Shown here: positions 42,701 to 50,600 of the stretch, piece after piece
How positions within the stretch are numbered: position 1 is the first letter of the stretch
How the letters are laid out: the number at the start of each line of letters is the position of its first letter
Assembly (NCBI GenBank): GCA_019828565.1
Contig: JAHDYR010000064.1
Span: forward strand, 248,001-312,000
DNA from: Carpediemonas membranifera BICM
Lineage: Eukaryota; Protista; Fornicata
Length of the DNA: 64,000 nucleotides
Reading direction: 5' to 3'
The notes under the pieces: generated by a model
The model's database searches: none
What the model saw: only the letters and a program-made list of their open reading frames with translations
Told to the model about the DNA's origin: nothing
Program-made: the position numbers and the translations under genes

Positions 42701-43688
42701 CATAGGCGTCAGCCTCTCTATGCTCGCGGTGACCAACCTCTACTCGGTCTCGATGCTCTTCGTCTTTGTCATTCTCATGTACGTCATGCTCGAGTCGGAC
42801 CTCGCCTCGTTCGACCGTGTATGTGAGTATGCTGACTCTCTCCCCTCTGAGGGCGGGCCGACCACTGCGCCCCCGGCCTCGTGGCCGGATGACGGCTCTC
42901 TTCATATCGACAACCTGTCGTACCGTTACAGACCCAACCTGCCTCTCGCCCTCAAGGACGTCAGCGTCGACATCCATTCGGGCTCCAAGATCGGCATCGT
43001 TGGCCGGTCTGGCGCTGGAAAGTCGACCTTTATCGCCGCCTTGCTCCGTCTGGCCCAACCCGAGCCCGGCTCCAAGGTCGTCATCGGCGGCATGGACGCG
43101 GCTGACGTCCCGATCAACGCCCTCCGCAAGGCCATCGCCATCATCCCCCAGTCGCCCGTGCTGTTCAGCGGCAAGCTCCGCATGAACCTTGACCCATTCA
43201 ACAGGTACGCCGACGACAAGCTGTTCGAGGTGCTCAACTCAGTCATGCTCGAGAAATACGCCGACAAGGAGGGTCTGGCACACCAGGTCATCCAGGGTGG
43301 ATCCAACCTCAGCGTGGGGGAGCGCCAGCTTGTCTGCCTGGCCCGCGCGCTGCTCCAGCAGAGCCGTATCATCCTCATCGACGAGGCCACCGCCAGCGTC
43401 GACTTTGCCACAGACGAGATCCTCCAGCGCACCCTGCGGACCTCCACGGTCGGCGCCACAGCGATTGTCGTCGCCCACCGCCTCGAAACGATCGCAGACT
43501 CCGATCTTATCATGCTCATCGACGACGGGAAGCTGGCCGAGTGCGGTCAGCCCAAGACACTGCTCGAGGATGACACTGGTAAGTTCACTTCACTCGTGAA
43601 GCGGGCCAATGCCGGTAAGGCCTTTGGCATGGAGGAGGAGGGCGAGCAGGAGGAGCCTGTTGCCCAGGCAGACGAGCTTGAACTGTAA
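39708..43688 (+). CDS. ABC transporter subfamily C (MRP-like, TMD-NBD-TMD-NBD)
   Basis: NBD1: APVAAGKS, LSGGQKAR, VIDD. NBD2: GRSGAGKS, LSVGERQ, LIDEATA. Also FFETVPVGRIVNRFS. Confidence 0.93.
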   Translation: MRLFGRKRSVKTDTGKSTPTNTRPRMENPAKHAGFVQLLLFSYLGGFFSLARRNTITSNDLYLPMPKYTSYRAYMKLLRGFNRSRVLSFGKIPRKFKIARAIFFDLAVPTYFAIILVIIGVVAQYTYTAMITPFTRVLEGDYNVYTSTLIVAAMACVPFITAFCNTHAMTVSMRVGRSVEVSVKSLIMQKLGKVSAGLQAALSSGKLIQISMTDVQSIQRFFQQLTNLVTVPISLLANFIIMVWMLGWLPAVLSIVILVVLIPLAFSSTILIFVGFFKKMKLAGERVKWITEVLNGIQTIKVQAWEDSFAGLVAKLRARELRAMVFSLAGFTFQNVVTSTFPVIVIFFTLLGYELVTGNIDTARLYTVMSLAFQLQGPFRNLPQALNALVQSLTSLRRVQAFLELPEIEPESMDHTVLPHGTVILEGTFAWLWRTDIVPKILKEKRQNKADAKEAKKERASQRSTSGATTPNDAAARGTGLKGKERGNFRLSIPGPITVPHMALVHITAPVAAGKSALLHAVLGEMRRVDPTPSLADLYDFTPVPRSACMHGGSVSYCSQDPWLTTKSIRDNIVMHEPWDEDRYRSVLFAACLGPDLEVLDHKDMTLVGEHGLTLSGGQKARVNLARCLYRKADVYVIDDPLAAVDAHVCEHIITHALGTFLADKTVLVASHRDVPADMQITITREHVVSLNEEYSPRSLEPAEPDLTSLDNLIQSTDSGAENTHTSEEAVHRNVTFKTYLRLISLGGGIPIVIAAACCLLLAQLSFSGVSFWITAWSNWPDFMSWHCWLLGIFIIGSVMVVGNTTRSVTLFSATIRVSSHLHKTLVKRVMSAPMSFFETVPVGRIVNRFSTDIGLVDLSLQLNLTFFLVMVVSVVFTLVSMVFVMPGIIIVVVPVIVVYLYIMRTVKSPFIQLRRLQGSSNSPVVSHFSETMSGITTIRAHEDVANNQRAAQDLMDGYLTPVHAFIDCQSFVFLWTQILGAILSAGVVIIAIPMSQLIGVSLSMLAVTNLYSVSMLFVFVILMYVMLESDLASFDRVCEYADSLPSEGGPTTAPPASWPDDGSLHIDNLSYRYRPNLPLALKDVSVDIHSGSKIGIVGRSGAGKSTFIAALLRLAQPEPGSKVVIGGMDAADVPINALRKAIAIIPQSPVLFSGKLRMNLDPFNRYADDKLFEVLNSVMLEKYADKEGLAHQVIQGGSNLSVGERQLVCLARALLQQSRIILIDEATASVDFATDEILQRTLRTSTVGATAIVVAHRLETIADSDLIMLIDDGKLAECGQPKTLLEDDTGKFTSLVKRANAGKAFGMEEEGEQEEPVAQADELEL

Positions 43689-43821
43689 CTTTTTTGTTTT
43701 GTTTGGTTTCGGAAGTAAAAGTTTGACTTGAACGTTTGATGCGGAGACCCTGAATTATCCAATCAAAAGCTGCATTTTACTGGACCCCACCCCGTCAGGA
43801 GCGGTCATTGTCACATGACAT

Positions 43822-46581
43822 CTACTTCTTCCCCTTCTTGGCCTTCTTCCCCTTCTTCCCCTTCTTCTTACTCACCCTCTCATCCACACTGATTGGATCA
43901 ATTAAGGCAGCCATTAGCCCAAGACCGCTCATCATCAAGGCCTCCATGCACTGGGCCGTGGTCAGGGCGGGTACTGCTGGCTCAAGACCTCTAACTCCCC
44001 AGGAAACCAGCGCGAGCTCTGAAAACTCATGCTGAAGCTTCAGAATATACCCAATAGCTATTGTAAACCGATTCTTGTCCGTCACAAGCTGCTCTATGGC
44101 CGCCAGAGCCCCGTCCCGGCGACTGGGCCAGCTCGGGTCAACCTCGGCCAAATGTTGCAAGCCGGGTCGAGCCAGTTGGCCCCTGAGATCGGAATAAACT
44201 GCGGAAACGACTCTGGCAGTGACTTTCTTCCTGCCAAGGCTGTGAAGACTTGGCATGAGCACGACCGGTACAGGACGCGACACACGGGCTAGGAAGCCGG
44301 ACTGTTTGATACACCTAGATATGATTGGATACGGTGGGTTGGGTCCTCCGAGAGCGACTGCGGCTGCATAGAGGGCTGTGATGGCGTCATCGGGGGCGTC
44401 TGGGAATACTGCGCTCATGACTGTGGCGAATGCCTGCGATGGGTGGGTCGAGGGCATGACGGGTGGGCGATTAACGAGCACTTTAAGGGTGCTTAGTTTC
44501 TTATCGACTTCAGCATCGTACATTCGAAGGATTCTGCCGAGGAAGAATGCTGTGGGGACATCTCCCTCCTCTGATACGAGATCTGCACCCGTAGCCACGT
44601 CCCAGATCATCGTGGCGATTGCGATTGCGCCGTTCTGACCCACCCCTGCCAACGCCGCCAGACACTCGACCGCACCGTCCATAGTTATAACGTACTCCTT
44701 CGTCGCGGGCAGGGTGAAGGATCCATGGGCTATGAGATGGGCAGACATGACGAACAACGCCCGGTCAACCCGGGCAATGGTGCGGGAGAAGAGGCCGACC
44801 TCTAGCACCAGGGCATGCTCTTTCAGCCCGAGCCTGAGCTTATGGATGAAAGCGTCAGTCTTGGCTCTGGTGCCGTAAACTCTGAGTCCCCAGTAATAAA
44901 TGTACATGCCCATGTCTGATAAATGACCTAAGAGCTTCGCCTCATCGCCTACAAGACTAAATGAGCCGTGGCGGAGCCCATCCATGGCTCTTGACTGCAG
45001 TATTTGCCGTATTTTCCCCACAGTCCACTCGAGGCTGGGCACAGGACCGCGGGCAGGTGGGAAGGAAACGAGGTCGAGGCCTGTGGGGGCAGGGGGCAGT
45101 TGTTGCATGGCTAGGGCCTTCAGCTGGGCGTTGGACAGGACAGGCTCGGGCTCTGCACCGTCAGCTTCGCCATCCCTCCCACCGTCGCCGTCGCCGTCGT
45201 TGGGTCTCGTGCTCCGCGATGTCAGCAGAGGTACAGACGCCGCCCCGTCCTGCTGCACCTCAGCCAGCTGTGCCTCCAGCTCATCACACCGTCGCAACAC
45301 GTCAGAATACCGCGCCTTTTGTTCGGCGAGAGCGTCCCCCGCGCCGGCCAACTCATCAACCCTAGCCTTGAGGGCCGTGTTCTCCTGGTACATGCTGGCC
45401 AACGCAGGCAGAGATTTGATCTGAACCGCTGTGACTGCAACTCTGTGTGCAAAGTCCTTCATGTCAAGGGCTATGGCGTCAGAGTCGTCGGTCTTGGGGG
45501 AAACCCAGTCGGACAGCTCGGCCTCTGCTGCTTCTGGGGCGAGCCTGAGTTCTGAGGAGAGTTCTTTGAGTGCAGCCTCGTGTCGTGCCTGACGTGAGAG
45601 AAGAATCTGGGCCGTTTCGGCAGACTCGATCTCTATACGTCGTGAGCACACGGCGCACAGTGACCTACGCTCTTTCTCCGCCCTCATTGAGTTCTTCATG
45701 AGCGCGATCTCCCTCTTCTTTAGCTCGACGTCCCTCTCGGCAGTCTTCACTGCCGCCTTGAGCTCTGCCACCTCGCCCTCGAGCGATTCGACCTTCATCT
45801 CGGTCCCCTCGATCTGTTTCTTCAATCTGGCGATCTCCTCCTTCGCTGCCTTCAGTTGGGCTATGCTGTCGTCCTGCTGGAGGCCCTGAAAGAGCTGGTG
45901 GAGCGCGTGGTACTTCTCCTCGGTCGCTTTCATCTCAGAGTAGGCTGCTGTGACCTCTTGCACACGCTGGCGTTCGAGTTCTTCGAGCTGGCGGCGGTAC
46001 TTCTCGTTCAAGGAGTTCTTCTCCGCCGTGAGCTGTTTGACGATCGCCATGCCGTCATCGCATGACTGCTGGTGCGCCTCCTGTTCGCCCTTGTACGCCT
46101 CGTTCAGTGATGATATCCGCTGCTGCAGCAGGAGATGAGCGGTGCGGTAGTCCGAGAAGACTCGCGCATAGCCCTTTCGTAACTGGAGAAGCAGGTCCGA
46201 TTGCTCGATACAGGATGATAGGAGCTGTTCAGAGAGGTCCCCGATGCATAGATCGGTGATTGCCTGGACATCCTGGGCTATGTGCACCAAATCGCGTGAT
46301 CCGCCGATGTTTGTGCCCCGGATGGCGTTAATGTAGCGGTTCTGGAGATCTCTCACCTGCTGGCGGGTAATAGGGGCATCATCTCCACGCTTCTTGGGGC
46401 GTACACGATACCATGTGTCTGTGTCTGTGAATTTTGCCACATATTCAGACTCGGAAGGCCGTCGTACACTCATAGATGTCTGTGAGCGCCTTGGCAGCGA
46501 TGGAGCCGGTGTTTTAGATTGAAATATAGCGGATCGCTTGATTCCAGGCGTTCCGATGGATGGAGTGAGGAGTGAGGACAT
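43822..46581 (-). CDS. Coiled-coil protein with an axonemal dynein light chain-like (AXDND1-type) segment and KKGKK tail
   Basis: CIGDLSEQLLSSCIEQSDLLLQLR resembles the p28 motif FDELIRQV...C.ERG.LL; long coiled coil; Lys-rich C-terminus. Confidence 0.55.
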   Translation of the reverse strand: MSSLLTPSIGTPGIKRSAIFQSKTPAPSLPRRSQTSMSVRRPSESEYVAKFTDTDTWYRVRPKKRGDDAPITRQQVRDLQNRYINAIRGTNIGGSRDLVHIAQDVQAITDLCIGDLSEQLLSSCIEQSDLLLQLRKGYARVFSDYRTAHLLLQQRISSLNEAYKGEQEAHQQSCDDGMAIVKQLTAEKNSLNEKYRRQLEELERQRVQEVTAAYSEMKATEEKYHALHQLFQGLQQDDSIAQLKAAKEEIARLKKQIEGTEMKVESLEGEVAELKAAVKTAERDVELKKREIALMKNSMRAEKERRSLCAVCSRRIEIESAETAQILLSRQARHEAALKELSSELRLAPEAAEAELSDWVSPKTDDSDAIALDMKDFAHRVAVTAVQIKSLPALASMYQENTALKARVDELAGAGDALAEQKARYSDVLRRCDELEAQLAEVQQDGAASVPLLTSRSTRPNDGDGDGGRDGEADGAEPEPVLSNAQLKALAMQQLPPAPTGLDLVSFPPARGPVPSLEWTVGKIRQILQSRAMDGLRHGSFSLVGDEAKLLGHLSDMGMYIYYWGLRVYGTRAKTDAFIHKLRLGLKEHALVLEVGLFSRTIARVDRALFVMSAHLIAHGSFTLPATKEYVITMDGAVECLAALAGVGQNGAIAIATMIWDVATGADLVSEEGDVPTAFFLGRILRMYDAEVDKKLSTLKVLVNRPPVMPSTHPSQAFATVMSAVFPDAPDDAITALYAAAVALGGPNPPYPIISRCIKQSGFLARVSRPVPVVLMPSLHSLGRKKVTARVVSAVYSDLRGQLARPGLQHLAEVDPSWPSRRDGALAAIEQLVTDKNRFTIAIGYILKLQHEFSELALVSWGVRGLEPAVPALTTAQCMEALMMSGLGLMAALIDPISVDERVSKKKGKKGKKAKKGKK

Positions 46582-46874
46582 CACAGTCCGTTTGAAACCT
46601 TAACCTGCGGTCCCGTTGAGCTGGCACATTGGCGACTTTTATGGGCAAGGGATGAACATAGTCTGGTTGTTAGAAAACGCGTCATGGCATGTTTTACTGA
46701 GTGAACCTTCGACCAGACTAGCTACATGCCTGGGGTAATTGACAGCAATTCTTGAGCGGAAAAGATCCAGTCAACTAAAATGGCTGAGGTATGTCTGGTA
46801 AAGACACGCATAGGTCTTGATGAGGCCCGAATGCGCTGAACTTTTTTCGTGCATGAAAAACGATAGTCTCGACG

Positions 46875-47459
46875 ATGGCCACTGAGGAGAAGGATATCGT
46901 TCTGGAGAGCAAGAAGGGAAGCACAGTGCACCCAGCTCACTCTCATCCGAACACAGGCATCGTGTATGTTGGCCACATCCCTCACGGCTTCTATGAGCAC
47001 CAGATGCGTGGTTTCTTCGGCCAGTTTGGCCCTATCCTTCGCTTGAGGCTTTCCCGCAACAAGTCCACTGGCAAGTCCAAGCACTATGCGTTCATCGAGT
47101 TCGATTCTAAGTCCGATGCTGAGATTGTTGCCAAGACTATGGACAAGTACCTCCTCGAGAACTGCCTCCTCTCAGTCCACGTCATGGACGACGAGAAGCT
47201 CGATAAGCACATCTGGAAGGGCGCGAATCAGGTGTTTGTCCGCCCCGATACTGAGGAGCGTTCCAAGCAAATCAACGAAAAGGTCGCCGAGCTCGAGAAG
47301 AAGAAGCTCGAGAAGGCCCGCAAGCAGAGATTGGCGGAAAAGAAGGCCAAGCTTGAGGCGATCAGCGCAGAGTTCGACTGGGACCTCGTGTATGGCGCAG
47401 ACAAGAAGAAGGCCGGCAAGCCAGTCAAGGCAAAGAGCAAGAAGGCGCACAAGAAGTGA
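46875..47459 (+). CDS. NOP15: Nucleolar RRM protein Nop15/NIFK
   Basis: VYVGHIPHGFYEHQMRGFFGQFG..RLRLSRNKSTGKSKHYAFIEF...AEIVAKTMDKYLL. Confidence 0.9.
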   Translation: MATEEKDIVLESKKGSTVHPAHSHPNTGIVYVGHIPHGFYEHQMRGFFGQFGPILRLRLSRNKSTGKSKHYAFIEFDSKSDAEIVAKTMDKYLLENCLLSVHVMDDEKLDKHIWKGANQVFVRPDTEERSKQINEKVAELEKKKLEKARKQRLAEKKAKLEAISAEFDWDLVYGADKKKAGKPVKAKSKKAHKK

Positions 47460-47633
47460 GCACAACGGATGATAAACCTCTATCGCTATGGGCACGAGTG
47501 GGTTGGAGAGCGGTACACCATGATAGATAAGGCATAAGCTAGATGGAGAACTCTCTCTTGTCTCATCTCATTGATGCCTGGGCCTTCCGGGCGGGCAGCT
47601 GGGCGGGTATACTGACTGAGCCAATCAATACCT

Positions 47634-50600
47634 TTACCTATACATGTCGTTCAGCGTGCGCAGGCCCGGGGCGCTGGGCGCGTTCGTGCGGTATGTCGCG
47701 GTGACCGTGCCCATCGCGGCGAGCGCGGCTGCTCTCTCGTCTTCGGACAGCGTCATCCAGGGCGCGCTGGCGTTACCAAACGTCTGCCCAACGGTTCCGA
47801 TGATCGCGGGCAGACCCTCGCCGAGCGTCATCATGCCGGGCGCGCTAGCGTTCGCTAACGTGTCGACCTCGTGGTTACGCACCGCGCTCTCCGTGTACAT
47901 CTCGGTAGAGACGCTGTCGGGAAGCGTAGCAATGACCTCCGTGAAGGTGGGGCGGTCGTGCGGGTCGAGCGCCACGCAGCGGCGGATCAGCTCGCCCACG
48001 GCCGCCGGCGTGCCCGCGGGGATCCTCGGCCGGTAGCCAGCCCGCACGTGCGCACGAATGGCGTCGAGCCCGAGGCGTTCCTGGCGGTACGGGATGTCGC
48101 GTGCGGCGATCTCCCAGAGCGTAATGCCGAAGGCGTAGACGTCGGCCTTCTCGCCGCCCACGCCGTCGAAGCGCTCAGGCGCCATCCACGGCCACGAGCC
48201 CTCAACGAAATTCACATGATCGCCGAGCCGCGCGGTCAGCCCGAAATCACTGATCTTGGCGCTGCCCTTCGAGACGAGGACGTTGAGCGACTTGAGGTCC
48301 CTGTGCTCGTAGCCCTCGCCGGCGATGAACGCCATGGCCGCCGCGATATCGCGCGCGAACTTCAGCCGCGCGTCCCAGGGCAGGTCGACCTTCGAGAGCA
48401 GCAGCGCGGAGAGCGACCCCGACGCGAGCTCGAGCGCGAGCCGGATCTCCCGGTCGTCCTGCTCCAGCGCGTAGAGCGCGATGACGTTGTTATGGCGTAG
48501 CTGCTTGTGGACGTGGATCTCGTTCTGGAGTCGGTCGGCCTGCATCGCGTTCAGGTCACACTGTTCGACGACCTTGACAGCGCACTCGCTGCCGCTGTAC
48601 GTGCCACGGAAGACGGCTGCCATGCCGCCCTCGCCGATGCGGTCGGCCTGGCTGAACGCGATGCTGCCCGCCGGCTTCGTGATGTCCGCATTAAGGTCGG
48701 GCTGCACGAGCGGCTCGGGCGTCTGGTCGTGCATCAGGAGATACTGCAGGTTGCTGCCCTTCTTGACTGTCTGAGCAGCCGTCTTGCCCTTGTACGTCGC
48801 GGTCTGGTCGGCGCCGTGCTTCAGCAGCAGGCTGACGATGTCAAAGCCGCCCGCCTTGACAGCAGCGAATAGCGGCGGCATCTTGCCCTCCACGCCGTTC
48901 GCGGGCACGCCCGCCGCAAGCAGCCGCTTTACGGCAGCGGTGTCGCCCTGCGTGATTGCGTTATTGAGCAGCTTCGTCAGGGCGTCGTTGATGGCGGCTC
49001 GGATCACGCCGGTCATGAGCGGGTCGGCCACGCCCTTGACGGCCTGCAGCGCGTTGACGCCGACCGGCGGGAGGAGGGGGTCGGCGCCGCGGGCGAGCAG
49101 CTTCGTCGCGGAGTCCCAGTGGCCGCCCTGGATGGCGAACACGAGCGCAGTCGTGTTCCGGCTGACGGTGTCGATGTCAACCTTCGCGGACAGCATCGCG
49201 GCCAGCATCGGTGGCTTGACGACGGCGGCCAGCAGCGGGTGGCCGTCCGGGAAGGAATCGTCGAGCAGGCAGCCGGCTTTGAGCAGCGTAGCGAAGGCCT
49301 GCGGCTGGTCGTGCACGAACGCGTTGTGCAGTGGCGACTGGCCCTCCCGGTTGAGGCAGTTGAGGACGACTGGGCCGAACTTGCCGCTCCTGAGCAGCTT
49401 CTTTGAGTGCATCTTGTCGACGTCGCCGCTGATGATGTGCGCGTGGAGCTCGTCGCTCTTATCTAGCGCCTCCTTGACGCGGCCCCTTAGCGCGGGCATC
49501 GGGTCCTTGGCGAGCGCCTGCACGGGCTGGAGGCGGGCGAGGTCGGTCCTCAGCGCGAGCACTCGCGGCTCGTGCTGCTCCGCGTGCGGGTTGATGGTGC
49601 CAAGCAGGGACTCGGCTTGTGCCAGCAGGCGCTTGGAAATGTCGAAGTTCGCATTGGAGTACATCGCATCGTCGGCATCGCCCAGCATGCGCTCCGTCTC
49701 GTGCACTTTGACGCGTCTCACGACTGAGGGCTGGGCGTTAACCTGCTCGAGAATGGCGTTGACCTCGGGGTTGGCGTGCGTCGACGTGAAGCCACGGGGC
49801 CCGAGTGAAACTGTTGTTTTGGGGTGGTGCACTGCCATCGCGAAGCTACGAGGCAGGACGTCTCCGGCTGTGACGTGGTCGAGCACGCGACGCATATCGC
49901 TGGTGAAGCACGGGACGTGGCTGCCAAAAGCGATGCAGAGGTCTGTTTCCTCCGTGATCGGTTCGGCACAGATCTCGGACAGCCTCCTGCTGAGCTGCGC
50001 ACAGTTGAGCGGGTTGAGCGCGGTCTGCACCTCAGCTGTCTCAGGAGACGACTGGAAGAAGCCGTTGCGGTCGGAGCTGATGGTGCATTCGGGGCGGGTC
50101 AGCCTCATCTCGAAGGAGGTGGGCAAGGTCTCCCGCCTCAGCAGGAGGCCGACCACGGTCTTCAGGTCGTCAATTGTGAGCGGCGCGTGCTCGCCCAGGC
50201 TGATCTCATTGTCAGCCGAGATTGCGTCGAGGTGGGCGGTCAGGAAGCTGAAGCCGCTGACAACATTTCTGACAACATTGCTGGGTGGGGCGACCTCAAA
50301 GCCGGTCGGGCCGAGCGTGACGGCGGCGGCTGGATCGTCGAGCTGGACCTCGAATGAGCGGGGCGCAACCCCAATGGCCTCAACGTGCGCGAGGAGCTTC
50401 TTCAGCGCGGGGAGGTCGGCGTGGGTGACACTGATCGCAGTGTCCGACGTGACCACTTTGGCACATAGTCTAGCAACTGCAGCGTCGATGTGCGGACGGT
50501 TGAACGGTATCAGGGCTTCCGCGACCTTGCAATCTGCGGGCGAGACAGAGATGAAGCCGCTAGGGTCCACGACGGCGGTGGACGCGGCAGGCAGGGCGAT

